Shown in pieces: positions 37,297 through 48,288 of a stretch of 64,000 nt of DNA. The notes below the pieces were generated by a model, which worked only from the letters and a program-made list of their open reading frames with translations, made no database searches and was not told where the DNA came from. Made by a program: the position numbers and the translations under genes. This DNA comes from Candidatus Levyibacteriota bacterium (lineage in GTDB: Bacteria > Patescibacteriota > Microgenomatia > Levybacterales > UBA12049): the NCBI GenBank assembly GCA_016214555.1, contig JACROF010000002.1, positions 5,416 through 69,415 on the forward strand. Reading direction: 5' to 3'. Within the stretch, counting starts at the first letter, position 1, and each line of letters starts with the position of its first letter.

Positions 37297-37713
37297 GTGG
37301 CTCGAATTGGAGAGTATTTTTACGGTCTCTCAATCTCATTTTTTTGCTTTGTTACGCTTGCTGCGGTAGACCTACTGCATGTTGATGCAGCATTTACACT
37401 AAGCAAGCTTGTCGTTCCGTGTTTTGTAGCCTTTTTCCTGTGGAGTTTTGTTTATGTATCGTGCATGGTGATTGCATCCGTCGCATACGTAATTTTAGAA
37501 ATTTTTGGAGGACTGGGACTATTTATTGCTCCACTTCTGTTAGGAGTGGTTGCAACAAGACTGGCTAACTATGTCGATGACATGGATTGGTTCACGATTA
37601 AATCGGGATGGTTTTCAAACCTTTCTATAGGCCTTGTGCTAGGCGCAATCATAGTGGTTGTATCTGGGAAAAGATTGGAAATTGCTTTTGGAGCTCCACA
37701 CCAGAGAGAATAA
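37297..37713 (+). CDS. Hypothetical 4-TM membrane protein (GTG 37297)
   Basis: Hydrophobic ORF with SD and downstream terminator. Confidence 0.7.
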   Translation: MARIGEYFYGLSISFFCFVTLAAVDLLHVDAAFTLSKLVVPCFVAFFLWSFVYVSCMVIASVAYVILEIFGGLGLFIAPLLLGVVATRLANYVDDMDWFTIKSGWFSNLSIGLVLGAIIVVVSGKRLEIAFGAPHQRE

Positions 37714-37736
37714 AAAAACGTACATTGATTACACCG

Positions 37737-37768
37737 CGCCGGTGAGAGTATTCTCCCGGCGTTTTTTT
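37737..37768 (+). terminator. Intrinsic terminator
   Basis: CGCCGG(T)GAGA/TCTCCCGGCG stem plus T7. Confidence 0.8.
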
Positions 37769-37809
37769 ATGCTCTTGACAGCAATTTAGATTTCGTCACA
37801 AAATGATGT

Positions 37810-38457
37810 ATGCCCAAGAAGGTTAAAAAGCTGAAAAAACTGTCTGCAAGAAAGATGCACAATCAAAAATACCTTCTATTGGGTATTATTGGCATATTTT
37901 TAGTTTTATTTTTGGCAAAGATTGAGTTGTTAAGAAAGCCAGAACTTGCCCATAACGTTGTTCCACTTGTATCACCAGTTGAGACTCAAAATCCCGTGAA
38001 CCCGACTATTAAACAGATTGCTAAAAAAATTGTCGTTTATCCTTCCTTAACTCCAACATCAACGCCAACGCCTAGTCTCCCTCCTGGTAAAAAAAGAGTA
38101 AATATTTGTGGTCACATAGTAGACGGAGATCTAAAGCCAATATACTTTGACGGTATGACAATTAGGGTAGAAAACACAATCACTCGTGAAGTAATTCCCA
38201 TTGCGAGTAGGTCAGACTGGTGTGTTGATATCGTCACACCTGGAGACTGGATGTTTATTGTCTCTCATTTCCCAAATTCTGGTGAGGGTGGATACTCCCC
38301 ATATGCTGCGAATCATTGGTGCGGTAATGGCAACTGCGGAATTGCACCAACAAAGGAAGAGTATGGATATAGTGGCTATAATGATGACTCAGTGTTACCT
38401 CTCATGTTTCGTGAGGGCGAAACCTCATCAGTGTACTTCATGTTTAAAAAGTATTAG
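37810..38457 (+). CDS. Membrane-anchored exported protein
   Basis: Basic N-terminus, TM, PTSTPTP linker, Cys-containing beta-rich C-terminal domain. Confidence 0.7.
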   Translation: MPKKVKKLKKLSARKMHNQKYLLLGIIGIFLVLFLAKIELLRKPELAHNVVPLVSPVETQNPVNPTIKQIAKKIVVYPSLTPTSTPTPSLPPGKKRVNICGHIVDGDLKPIYFDGMTIRVENTITREVIPIASRSDWCVDIVTPGDWMFIVSHFPNSGEGGYSPYAANHWCGNGNCGIAPTKEEYGYSGYNDDSVLPLMFREGETSSVYFMFKKY

Positions 38458-38499
38458 TAGCACTAGATTTACCAGATATTATAAGCTAAACTCGATTCT

Positions 38500-39150
38500 A
38501 TGTCAGAGATTGATGGAAGAATAGCGGAAGCTCTTACAGAAGAGCAAGAAAGACTTTCACACGAATTTCCGATTGACGTATACGATCCTGCTATTACATC
38601 ATGGGAAAGTATTAAAGGTGATATTTTGAACGCTGAAAGAGCACAGTTTGGTGAAAACGCTGCTATGGAAGACGAGCTAAGAGGATTTTTCCATGACCCT
38701 GAGGGAGTAACTGTTATCAGAAAAGACGCTTCTACAGGGAAGGTGGTTGGTTTTAGCACTGCGGGACCAGCAGATAAGGCATATGATGGAAAGTTTCATC
38801 CTCAGAGGATTAGTTCTCAGTTAGCATCTGAGCTGTCTGACTCAAGAGAGGCTCTACTTCCAATTCAAGACCGAGATGGCAAAACTGCTTATGTTCACGA
38901 CACGGTGCTTGACCCAAATTTTGTTGGCAGGAAATTAGTTGTAGGACTTGTTGCAACGCTTGAAAAAGAATTGGCAGAAAAGGGGTATACCTATTTGGAC
39001 CGTGATGCAGCTTATGACAATGGCTATGCAGCAAATGTCAGCAAAACCTATACCAATAACGGCAGATTGATTTATCAAAGCCAGCCACATGGAAGCGTGT
39101 GGGGAAGACAAGTGTATTTTGTCATTCGCCTACCTCAAGTTGACAAGTAA
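38500..39150 (+). CDS. Hypothetical protein, possible GNAT fold
   Basis: VVGF...AYVHDTVLDPNFVGRKL...L..EL..KGY resembles GNAT motif A. Confidence 0.55.
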   Translation: MSEIDGRIAEALTEEQERLSHEFPIDVYDPAITSWESIKGDILNAERAQFGENAAMEDELRGFFHDPEGVTVIRKDASTGKVVGFSTAGPADKAYDGKFHPQRISSQLASELSDSREALLPIQDRDGKTAYVHDTVLDPNFVGRKLVVGLVATLEKELAEKGYTYLDRDAAYDNGYAANVSKTYTNNGRLIYQSQPHGSVWGRQVYFVIRLPQVDK

Positions 39151-39238
39151 GATATAGAATACAGGAATTAATCAAATTCATAGGTCTTGTAATTGCTTTC
39201 CATCAAATATTCCCATATAATGTTTGTTTATTCAGGCT

Positions 39239-42136
39239 ATGGAAAGTATCAAAATTAAAGGTGCTCGTGAGCACAACCTCAAAAATATTGATCTTGAAAT
39301 CCCCAAAAACAAACTAGTTGTTTTAACTGGCTTATCTGGTAGTGGGAAGTCATCGCTTGCTTTTGACACTATCTATGCTGAGGGTCAAAGGCGGTACGTT
39401 GAGAGTCTTTCCTCATATGCTCGTCAATTTTTAGGAACCATGAAAAAACCTGATGTTGATCTCATTGAAGGATTATCTCCAGCAATTTCTATTGATCAAA
39501 AATCTACCTCTCACAACCCACGCTCGACAGTAGGGACAGTAACAGAAATTTATGATTACCTCCGTCTTCTTTTTGCTCGTGTTGGCCATCCACATTGCCC
39601 AAATTGCGGTAGGGAAATTGCACAACAATCAAAAGAACAAATCGTTGATTCTGTTTTGCGTATGCAGGAGACAATGAAAGAGCCTGGTAAAAAATTTGTG
39701 AGAGTTATGATTTTAGCGCCATTAATCAAAGACAAAAAAGGTGAGTACAGTGATCTTTTTATGTCTCTTAAAAAAAGAGGCTATCGAAAGGTAAGAATTG
39801 ATGGAAAGGTTTTATCTCTTGATGAAAAAGTGGTCCTCATTAAGACAAATAGGCATAGTATTGAGCTCGTACTCGATTCACTTGTTGTGTCTAAAGAAAC
39901 TGATCGCGTGAGATTGGCAAATGATGTTGAGCAGGCTCTTTCGTTTGGTAATGGAGAGATGATTGTTTCTTTGATAAAAGACGCATCGTTTGACATTCCT
40001 GAATTCCCAACAACTCTTGATGATCATCTTTTTTCAGAAAAGTTTGCATGTCCTGTTTGCAATATTTCAATACCAGAGGTTGAGCCACGTATTTTTTCAT
40101 TTAACACTCCACACGGTGCATGTCCAGAGTGTTCTGGTATTGGGAGAGTGCTTATTGTCGATCAGGAGTTGGTCTTTAATAATAATTTAACCATAAATGA
40201 AGGCGGTATTCTTCCCTTTTTTAATTTGGGCAACAACGATACTTGGTTTTCAAGAACGTTCAAAATTTTCTGTAAAGAGAACGATATCCCTCTTGATACC
40301 AAACTTGAAAAAGTCACAGATGATATGAAAGCACTCCTTCTCTTTGGGACAGGATCAAGAGAGTATAGGGTAAAAGGTGAAAATAGATGGGGGAGTGAAA
40401 CGGTTATTAGCGAATCATTCAAAGGCATATCATTTGAACTTCGGAGACGATATGGCGAAACAGAGTCAGCCTATGTAAGATCTCAGATCGAGAAATTCAT
40501 GCGATACGATAACTGTCCAATGTGTCATGGGGCAAGACTTAAAAAGGAAGCTCTTTCTGTCACGATAAATAATAAATCGATTGTAGACGTTAGCAACATG
40601 CCAATCGACTTTGCACTTTCATACATTGAATCGTTGGAAGGCGCTTTGTCTGAGAGGGAGAAAGAAATTTCAAAGCTTATTCTTCGTGAGATCAGAACGC
40701 GTATCGGATTTTTAGTAGATGTTGGCCTTGAATACCTCACTCTTTCTCGAACAGCTGCAACACTTGCTGGAGGTGAGGCTCAGCGCATCCGGTTGGCTTC
40801 TCAGATAGGAAGTGGACTCACAGGTGTATTGTATGTTTTGGATGAGCCATCAATTGGCCTTCACCAAAGAGATAATGAGAGGCTTATTGAGACTCTTAAA
40901 AAACTTAGAGACCTGGGTAATACGGTACTTGTTGTTGAGCATGATGAAGACACCATGGCGGCATCAGACTACATCTTTGATTTTGGTCCTGGCGCTGGTG
41001 CGTTTGGAGGTAATATCGTTGCATCAGGCACTTATGAAGAGCTTAAAAAATCTCCAAATTCTCTTACTGGGCAGTATTTGTCAGGCAAGAAAACGATTAC
41101 CGTTAAAAAGTCACCATCTAACTCGTTAGTCAAAAAGGAGCAGCACTATTTAAAAGTCGTAGGAGCATCTGAGCACAACCTCAAAAATGTTGACGTTGCT
41201 TTTCCCTTAAATCAATTAATTGTGGTAACAGGCGTCTCAGGAAGTGGCAAATCAACGCTTGTTAATGACATTTTGTATCATGCCCTCATGCAAAAAGAAA
41301 ATCCCTTTCATCGTCAAAAACCTGGAGCGTTTAAAGAATTAATTGGTTATGAACATATTAAAAATGTTTTTCAAATTGATCAGTCTCCAATCGGAAGAAC
41401 TCCAAGAAGCAATCCTGCTACCTATACAGGTTGTTTTAACTACATTAGGGAGCTTTTTGCTCAAACAAAGGAAGCGAAGGTAAGAGGATATAGCCCAGGT
41501 CGGTTTTCGTTCAATGTTAAAGGTGGGAGATGCGAGGCATGTGAAGGAGAGGGTCAGATAAAAATTGAGATGCAATTTCTCCCCGATGTGTACATTACTT
41601 GTGAGGTGTGTAAAGGCAAGCAGTACAATGCAGAAGCTTTGGAAGTACTCTTTCAAGGGAAAAATATCGCTGATGTTTTGGCAATGAGCGTTGAAGAAGC
41701 AGTCGAATTTTTTTCATTCGTTCCAGGTCTTGCCCACAAGCTTCAAACACTTAAAGATGTTGGTTTATCTTATGTAAAATTGGGTCAACCAGCCCCAACG
41801 CTTTCTGGAGGTGAAGCCCAAAGAGTAAAATTAGCAACTGAGCTATCAAAAAAAGGAAAAGATGCTCTTTATCTTCTCGATGAGCCGACAACTGGTCTTC
41901 ATTTTGCAGATCTTGAAAAATTGCTCCATGTCTTAAGAAAGCTTGCAGATCAAGGCAATTCAGTAATCGTCATTGAGCACAATCTTGATATCATTAAAAA
42001 TGCTGATTATATCGTTGATCTTGGGCCTGAAGGAGGAGATAAGGGTGGAAATATTGTTGGAACTGGTACTCCAAAACAAATTGCTACAAATTCTGCTTCA
42101 CATACAGGAAGATTCCTCCAGAAGATAATTCGATAG
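39239..42136 (+). CDS. uvrA: Excinuclease ABC subunit A
   Basis: [18 protein letters not shown], zinc fingers, LAGGEAQR and [16 protein letters not shown]. Confidence 0.98.
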   Translation: MESIKIKGAREHNLKNIDLEIPKNKLVVLTGLSGSGKSSLAFDTIYAEGQRRYVESLSSYARQFLGTMKKPDVDLIEGLSPAISIDQKSTSHNPRSTVGTVTEIYDYLRLLFARVGHPHCPNCGREIAQQSKEQIVDSVLRMQETMKEPGKKFVRVMILAPLIKDKKGEYSDLFMSLKKRGYRKVRIDGKVLSLDEKVVLIKTNRHSIELVLDSLVVSKETDRVRLANDVEQALSFGNGEMIVSLIKDASFDIPEFPTTLDDHLFSEKFACPVCNISIPEVEPRIFSFNTPHGACPECSGIGRVLIVDQELVFNNNLTINEGGILPFFNLGNNDTWFSRTFKIFCKENDIPLDTKLEKVTDDMKALLLFGTGSREYRVKGENRWGSETVISESFKGISFELRRRYGETESAYVRSQIEKFMRYDNCPMCHGARLKKEALSVTINNKSIVDVSNMPIDFALSYIESLEGALSEREKEISKLILREIRTRIGFLVDVGLEYLTLSRTAATLAGGEAQRIRLASQIGSGLTGVLYVLDEPSIGLHQRDNERLIETLKKLRDLGNTVLVVEHDEDTMAASDYIFDFGPGAGAFGGNIVASGTYEELKKSPNSLTGQYLSGKKTITVKKSPSNSLVKKEQHYLKVVGASEHNLKNVDVAFPLNQLIVVTGVSGSGKSTLVNDILYHALMQKENPFHRQKPGAFKELIGYEHIKNVFQIDQSPIGRTPRSNPATYTGCFNYIRELFAQTKEAKVRGYSPGRFSFNVKGGRCEACEGEGQIKIEMQFLPDVYITCEVCKGKQYNAEALEVLFQGKNIADVLAMSVEEAVEFFSFVPGLAHKLQTLKDVGLSYVKLGQPAPTLSGGEAQRVKLATELSKKGKDALYLLDEPTTGLHFADLEKLLHVLRKLADQGNSVIVIEHNLDIIKNADYIVDLGPEGGDKGGNIVGTGTPKQIATNSASHTGRFLQKIIR

Positions 42137-42158
42137 TTGGTTTTGCTACAATCAAAGT

Positions 42159-43976
42159 ATGAAAAAAATTCTCATCGCTTTTTTAGTTTTTCTTTCTATA
42201 CTTTTTCTAACGCCAAGTGTATTTGCTGCCGACTATTTTACAAGAGATTACCATGTTTTGTATCAAGTAAATGATGAAGGCAAAACATCCGTTACAGTAA
42301 ATGTGCGGTTAACAAATACAACAAGTGATTACTATGCATCAAGCGATACTATTACGGTTGGATTTAGAGATATTGAAAATGTTTTGGCTAAAGATCCAGA
42401 TGGTGCAATATCACCAATTGTAAAACAGACTGATGAAGGAACAAGTATCGAAGTGCCATTTCATAAAAAAGCAGTGGGGAAAGGGAAGTTTCTTGATTTT
42501 TCTGTTTCTTTTGATACTGGTGATATTGCAGAACATGCAGGAAAAATATGGGAAGTAAATATTCCAGGAATTGCTAATGCAGACGAATTCGCTAGCTTTA
42601 ATGTTGAGGCTAAGATACCTAACTCATTTGGTGTTCCAACATTTATTAAGCCTGTCAGTACGAGTTCACAACTTGTCTTTAACAAAGAGCAACTCAAAAA
42701 ATCGGGCGTCTCTTTATTATTTGGAAAAGAGCAATATTATGCATTTTCATTGGTGTATCATTTAAAAAATAATAATGTATTTCCTATTAAAACAGAAATC
42801 GCTCTTCCTCCAGCAACCAACTATCAAGAAGTTTCTCTTGATTCAATTTCTCCCACCCCTTCCAATGTGGTCGTAGATAAGGATGGCAATTGGTTGGCAC
42901 AGTATTCTCTTGCTCCTGCACAAAAAATTGATGTTGAAGCAACTGGTGTAGTAAAGGTCTCGTATCTGCCAAAACCAAGTGTACTCTCGCGTCAAGATAG
43001 ACAGGAATACACGAAAGAAAAACCTTATTGGCAGGCAAATAACGCAAAAATAAAAAAGCTAGCAAGTGAGCTAAAAACTCCGGAGTCGATATACCAATAT
43101 GTGATTGAAACTCTTCACTATGATTTTAATAGAGTTACTGATGACCAACCACGCTTGGGCGCTTTGGCTGTTCTTGATAAGCCAGAGTCAGCGGTTTGTC
43201 TTGAATTCACTGATCTTTTCATTGCGCTTTCTCGTGCAGCTGGGATTCCTGCAAGAGAAGTTAATGGATACGCGCACACTGAGAATGCTAAACAGCGACC
43301 TTTGTCACTTTTGAAAGATATCCTTCATTCATGGCCGGAGTATTATGATGACAGCCGTCAAGCATGGATTATGGTAGACCCTACTTGGGGTAATACTACG
43401 GGGGGGACAGACTATTTTCACACTTTTGATCTAGATCATATTGTTTTTGTCAGAAAAGGAGTAAATAGCCAATACCCAATTCCACCAGGTGGGTACAAAT
43501 CAGATGAAGATTTTGGGAAAAAAGACATCACAGTTGGGCTTGCGCAGGACTATTCTACTGGAGTAAGCAATGTATCCTTGACTACAGAAGTTCCTCAAAA
43601 AACTTTTTCTGCGCTTCCTATCCAGGGATCACTTACGATTGTAAATAAGGGAAATACACATTTTGCTCATGAGCATGTTGTTATTGAGTCACCATTTTTA
43701 CTTCCTAAAAGACAGCTTATTGCTGTTTCGGAGATTCCGCCTTTTGGATCTGTTAAAATCCCATTTTCATTTGCCAAAACAACATTATTTACTAACAATA
43801 TGTATGATTTTACAATCAAACTACAAGACACTATAATACATAAGCGCGTTACTGTCACTCCGTTCGCATTCTCACAAAATCAACTTATAGGAGGTGTCAT
43901 CTTTGTTATATTTACGATCATCATATTTGTCCTTGCCATCAAAACCAGGTATTTACCGATTTTTAGACGAAAATAA
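42159..43976 (+). CDS. Exported transglutaminase-like domain protein with C-terminal TM anchor
   Basis: Signal peptide; AVCLEFTDLFIALSRAAGIPAR, HSWPEYY, VDPTWG catalytic triad. Confidence 0.88.
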   Translation: MKKILIAFLVFLSILFLTPSVFAADYFTRDYHVLYQVNDEGKTSVTVNVRLTNTTSDYYASSDTITVGFRDIENVLAKDPDGAISPIVKQTDEGTSIEVPFHKKAVGKGKFLDFSVSFDTGDIAEHAGKIWEVNIPGIANADEFASFNVEAKIPNSFGVPTFIKPVSTSSQLVFNKEQLKKSGVSLLFGKEQYYAFSLVYHLKNNNVFPIKTEIALPPATNYQEVSLDSISPTPSNVVVDKDGNWLAQYSLAPAQKIDVEATGVVKVSYLPKPSVLSRQDRQEYTKEKPYWQANNAKIKKLASELKTPESIYQYVIETLHYDFNRVTDDQPRLGALAVLDKPESAVCLEFTDLFIALSRAAGIPAREVNGYAHTENAKQRPLSLLKDILHSWPEYYDDSRQAWIMVDPTWGNTTGGTDYFHTFDLDHIVFVRKGVNSQYPIPPGGYKSDEDFGKKDITVGLAQDYSTGVSNVSLTTEVPQKTFSALPIQGSLTIVNKGNTHFAHEHVVIESPFLLPKRQLIAVSEIPPFGSVKIPFSFAKTTLFTNNMYDFTIKLQDTIIHKRVTVTPFAFSQNQLIGGVIFVIFTIIIFVLAIKTRYLPIFRRK

Positions 43977-45258
43977 TACCATTCTCTATGTCGGAAAAGC
44001 AAAGGATCTCAAAGCACGTGTTTCAACCTACTTCACATCGAGATCAAATTTAGGTCCAAAGACTGAGGCAATGGTTGCTCAAATTAAAAAAATAGATGTC
44101 GTTGTTGTTGAGTCAGAGCTTGAGTCACTTTTGCTTGAGGCCTTCTATATTAAAAAACATCGTCCATATTACAACATTCGACTTACTGACGATAAGTCAT
44201 ATCCACTTATTAAAATAACCTCTGAGACATACCCAGTGGTGTCACTTGCTAGAAAAATGGATGAGAAGTCTGCAAAATATTTTGGTCCTTATCCAAATAG
44301 TGGAGCAGTTAAACTCGTATTAACAACTCTTAGAAAAGTGTTTCCATATCAGTCAGTTAAAAATCACCCCAAGAAAACCTGCCTCTACTTTCACCTTGGT
44401 CTTTGTCCTTGCCCGCCTGTACATGATTCTCTTGAGCTTAAAAAGGAGTACAGAAGCAATATCCACAATATCATCAAAGTACTCGATGGGAAATCGCAGG
44501 CAGTCATGAAAGATTTGGTGAAAGAAATGAATGAATCCGTCAGCGGTGAATATTACGAGAAAGCAGCAGTACTTAAGAAAAAAATACAAGCACTCTCAAT
44601 TATCACTATGCCATCGAGAAGTCCTGTCGAATACGATTTGAATCCCAATCTACGATCTGATATTCGCTCTGAAGAACTTTCAAATTTAAAAAGTTCTTTG
44701 ACTAAAAAAGGTTTAAAGCTATCAGATCTGTCTAGAATTGAGTGTTACGATATCTCAAATACCCAAGGTACTCATGCAACTGGCTCAATGGTAGTTCTTA
44801 CCAATGGAGAAATTGATAAAAGTCAGTACAGACGATTTAACATCGTCAAAGACGGAAGACCAAATGATTTTGCCATGATGAAGGAAATGCTCTTAAGGAG
44901 GCAAAAACACAACGAGTGGCCGACTCCTCAACTTATCATAATAGACGGAGGAAAAGGTCAGGCAAGTGCAGCCTTGGAAGTTCTCACAGCTACAAAGAGT
45001 AGTATACCTATTGTTGGTCTTGCAAAAAGAGAAGAAATTCTTATTATTCCAAAAGATCAGCCACATTTTTCTTCATTGTTAGTTGAAAAAACACATGAGA
45101 GACGATTTTATGGACAAAACGATGAGCATTTTTTAGAGTTGCATCTTTTAAAAAATTCACCAGAGCTGCAATTGGTGAGAAGAATTCGTGATGAAGCTCA
45201 TAGGTTTGCTATCACTTACCATAGGAAATTAAGGAGTAAGAATTTTATTAAAAGCTAG
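43894..45258 (+). CDS. uvrC: Excinuclease ABC subunit C (no C-terminal HhH); start GTG 43894 or TTG 43903
   Basis: GIY-YIG (PGIY...LYVGKA), RIECYDISN, IDGGKGQ, RDEAHRFA. Confidence 0.92.
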   Translation: MSSLLYLRSSYLSLPSKPGIYRFLDENNTILYVGKAKDLKARVSTYFTSRSNLGPKTEAMVAQIKKIDVVVVESELESLLLEAFYIKKHRPYYNIRLTDDKSYPLIKITSETYPVVSLARKMDEKSAKYFGPYPNSGAVKLVLTTLRKVFPYQSVKNHPKKTCLYFHLGLCPCPPVHDSLELKKEYRSNIHNIIKVLDGKSQAVMKDLVKEMNESVSGEYYEKAAVLKKKIQALSIITMPSRSPVEYDLNPNLRSDIRSEELSNLKSSLTKKGLKLSDLSRIECYDISNTQGTHATGSMVVLTNGEIDKSQYRRFNIVKDGRPNDFAMMKEMLLRRQKHNEWPTPQLIIIDGGKGQASAALEVLTATKSSIPIVGLAKREEILIIPKDQPHFSSLLVEKTHERRFYGQNDEHFLELHLLKNSPELQLVRRIRDEAHRFAITYHRKLRSKNFIKS

Positions 45259-46622
45259 CGTCTTTTGATGGTATAGGAGTAGGGGAAGTAAAGAAATGAT
45301 GCTGGCGTGTCAATGAGTGCATCGTCGTTTAAATACTTTTGAAACTCAGCATATATTTTTTTTCGCTCATTTGTGTCGATTGTGCTTCTGCCATCTTCAA
45401 GCAGTTTGTCGATCCTTTTACTATCAAATTTTGTGATGTTTGAATTGGATTTTGAGTGCCACAAAATGTATTGATCAGGATCTTGTGGGACCATAAAATC
45501 ACCAAGATACATTTGAAAAATATCTGGTCTAACTTCAACTTCCTCAACCACTATCTCTATTCCGATTTTTTCCCATGTTTTTTTAAGATCCTCCGCAAGT
45601 TTTTTGTATCGCGACAAAGTTGTCAGCTTTAGTTTTGGGATACTTTTTTGGGAAGTGTCTTCTAAAATAGCATTGATCAGTAGTGCAGCATGTGCTAGAT
45701 CCTGTCCACCTGGTAATGCGTCGCTATTGAAGTACATAGATTTTTTTGCATACGGTAAATATGCTCTTTCTCCACCCTGAAAAGAATCAGGCAGAGCATA
45801 CGTAAGAGCTTTTCGCAGCTTATTGTCAGAAACTGTTTGATCTTTAGTGTTGTAAAAAACAGTAGCAAGCTGTCTATAATTGATTGCAACACTTGTTTTG
45901 ACATTCTTGTGCTTGGAAAGATCTATTTGACCAAGAGTTGTGTCATTTAAGCCTTGAACTTGCGTTGTTTCACCAAGAAGAAAAGCAGTCTTAAGAGAGT
46001 CCTGCGTCGGGTAGAAAAGGTATACAATCTGTTTCCTTTTATTGTGGATGTGTGCAAGAGTAAGTGAGGTAATATTGTCTCCATTTAACTTTAGATCAAT
46101 AATGACATGACTACCTAGTCCCTCAAGTCCATTGACAAATATTGGTCTTGAAAGAGTGACCAAAAAAGGGCTGTACGGGCTCTTCAATGAAAATTCGATA
46201 GTATATTTGTCAGGTTTTGCAATAGTAACGTCCTTAAATGAATAAGTAAGATGGTCAGTTGTCAACTCTTTTCCGTTTGAAAAGCGAATGCCTTTTTTGA
46301 GATGAAATATGTATTTTGTTCCTTTATTTTCAATTTCCCAAAAAGATGCAAGATCAGGTTTTACCTGCCCATTCTCTTCCACCTTTGTCAGACCTCGTGA
46401 GAGTTTTGCAGAAATTGTCCGTGGGAGATTAGTCATCGTGTATGCGCCAACGAGTCCAATCCTTTCTTTTTGAGGAAAAAAATGCGTGAGTTTTGAGGAA
46501 AAAAAGACGAAAAAGAAAAATCCTACAAGTCCAGCAACAAAGGAAAAAAATATGATCTTACCCCACTTACGAAGATAGGCTTTAATAAGCCAAAAAACGA
46601 GTCTCTTTCTAACAACAATCAT
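45255..46622 (-). CDS. ABC transporter substrate-binding protein, family 5
   Basis: N-term TM, GL...PDLA..W......Y.F.LK...FSNG, D.LLE.GR.......RK..Y. Confidence 0.82.
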   Translation of the reverse strand: MIVVRKRLVFWLIKAYLRKWGKIIFFSFVAGLVGFFFFVFFSSKLTHFFPQKERIGLVGAYTMTNLPRTISAKLSRGLTKVEENGQVKPDLASFWEIENKGTKYIFHLKKGIRFSNGKELTTDHLTYSFKDVTIAKPDKYTIEFSLKSPYSPFLVTLSRPIFVNGLEGLGSHVIIDLKLNGDNITSLTLAHIHNKRKQIVYLFYPTQDSLKTAFLLGETTQVQGLNDTTLGQIDLSKHKNVKTSVAINYRQLATVFYNTKDQTVSDNKLRKALTYALPDSFQGGERAYLPYAKKSMYFNSDALPGGQDLAHAALLINAILEDTSQKSIPKLKLTTLSRYKKLAEDLKKTWEKIGIEIVVEEVEVRPDIFQMYLGDFMVPQDPDQYILWHSKSNSNITKFDSKRIDKLLEDGRSTIDTNERKKIYAEFQKYLNDDALIDTPASFLYFPYSYTIKRR

Positions 46623-46625
46623 ATA

Positions 46626-46841
46626 TTACTTGTGAGGAAGGAGAAGGAGAATCGAACTAATAACAAGTAGCCCAGCAAGAACAGCAGTTCCAATGAAAAG
46701 AAATTTTTCTATATTTCGTTTGCTTCTATACATTTCTCCGCCGCCACCAAATACGGGAGAAATTCCTCCTCCTTGACTTTGAAGTAGAACACAAATAATA
46801 AGGAGAACTGAGACGACAATTTGAAAAAGTTGCAAAATCAT
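46626..46841 (-). CDS. secG: Preprotein translocase subunit SecG
   Basis: LLI..VLLQ..GGG....FGGG....Y...R..EK.L. Confidence 0.9.
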   Translation of the reverse strand: MILQLFQIVVSVLLIICVLLQSQGGGISPVFGGGGEMYRSKRNIEKFLFIGTAVLAGLLVISSILLLLPHK

Positions 46842-46851
46842 AAGATATCTA

Positions 46852-47817
46852 TTATAGCGCTTTCATCACTACCTCTGCAAGCTTCTTTGGGTTGTGGTAG
46901 ATAGGAAAATCATCATAAACAACATCAGCTTCGATGATCGTGGTCTGAGCAATTTTTTGAGATGCTTGCTTGTCAACACGTACATATTGATAATGAAGAT
47001 CTTTTGGAAATTTTTTCTTGATATCATTGTTTGCGATAATAGTGTCAAACGGGAATTCTCCAAGATGGTCTTTAATAGCTGTCATGTAGTCGCTTAGAGC
47101 AAAGTTTTTAGTCTCAAATGGCTTGTTTGCAATATTAAGTATAAAAATTTTTCTAGCTTTACTTTGAAGAAGTATGTCTTTAATTTCAGGAACAATGAGT
47201 ACGGGAAGCTGGTTGGTGTACAAATCTCCTGGACCGCTTATAATCACATCAGCCTCACGGAGTGTCTTAATAACGGCCTTGTTAACGAGGGGCTTACTTG
47301 GTGTAATATAGACCTTTTTTAGACCTCTTGGTTCACTATAAAGAGCAAGGTCAAGCGTTGTTTCGCTGTACACCCGTCTATTGTCATTGGTGATTGCCCA
47401 AAGATCGACTCTTTCATCGGTTGCAGGTAAAAGATTTGCGGTAACACCAAACATTCGCTTGGTTACATCAATTGCTTTATAAAAATTCCCAGTTCGCTGA
47501 ATCTCAGCAAGCATAATAAGATTGCCCAATTTATGACCATCGATTGCTTTGTTATGAGTATCCTTGCCAGGAAATCGGTGAAGGAGGAGTGCTTCGAGTT
47601 CTTTATCTTCTTCAGGGATAAGAGCAGCAATACAGCTTACAATATCTCCGGGAGGCATGATGTTGTATGCTTCTCTGAGACGACCAGATGAACCGCCATC
47701 ATCTGCCATTGAGGTGATCGCTGAGAGGGAAAAGTCGTAGGCTTTCAAGCCACGCAAAAGTTTGCTTGTGCCAATTCCTCCCCCTAAGCATGCAATATTT
47801 TTTACTCTAGTAGCCAT
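46852..47817 (-). CDS. yvcK: YvcK/GlmR (UPF0052) family protein
   Basis: GGGIG, DDGGSSGRLR, PPGD, GH.LGNL, GPGDLYT. Confidence 0.9.
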   Translation of the reverse strand: MATRVKNIACLGGGIGTSKLLRGLKAYDFSLSAITSMADDGGSSGRLREAYNIMPPGDIVSCIAALIPEEDKELEALLLHRFPGKDTHNKAIDGHKLGNLIMLAEIQRTGNFYKAIDVTKRMFGVTANLLPATDERVDLWAITNDNRRVYSETTLDLALYSEPRGLKKVYITPSKPLVNKAVIKTLREADVIISGPGDLYTNQLPVLIVPEIKDILLQSKARKIFILNIANKPFETKNFALSDYMTAIKDHLGEFPFDTIIANNDIKKKFPKDLHYQYVRVDKQASQKIAQTTIIEADVVYDDFPIYHNPKKLAEVVMKAL

Positions 47818-48203
47818 TTTATTCCTGTAACGATAACCGATAAGGTAAATGAGGCAGATAAAAATGCAAAAAGTGTGCTCATATTAAATGACGGAATGAC
47901 AAAACCAAAGATCTGTAATCCGGCAAATGTGTATGAGTGGATGATTATACCAGCAACAAAAATAGTAAGCAAATAAAGGATAAACGCATTGGTAAAGATT
48001 GAAAAGACGCCGAGAGTAACAAGATTGAATGGAAAACTAATAATGTTAAGAATTGGTTTTATAACTGTCATCATGATGGTGAGCATAAGACCTCCAAAAA
48101 GATACGTCCACAAACCGCCTGTGATATCTACGCCTTGAATAATGAGGGGTAAAAGAAATAGCGCGCCACTGTAAATAGCAACGTTTCTGAGAAGTGATTT
48201 CAT
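47802..48203 (-). CDS. YvlD/DUF360 4-TM membrane protein ('phage holin family')
   Basis: IKPIL.IISFPFNLVTLG.F....NA. Confidence 0.85.
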   Translation of the reverse strand: MKSLLRNVAIYSGALFLLPLIIQGVDITGGLWTYLFGGLMLTIMMTVIKPILNIISFPFNLVTLGVFSIFTNAFILYLLTIFVAGIIIHSYTFAGLQIFGFVIPSFNMSTLFAFLSASFTLSVIVTGIKWLLE

Positions 48204-48288
48204 TGTCTCAGAGTAGCAAAGCGTCAAGACCCTGTCAAACTCCCCTGACTTGCATTGTAGGATTGAAAAACGTATTATTGAGCATACT

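Noticed and set aside
47802-48203. Prophage inferred from 'phage holin family' protein
   Set aside because: YvlD/DUF360 is a common chromosomal gene, here coupled to yvcK; no phage structural or replication genes nearby.
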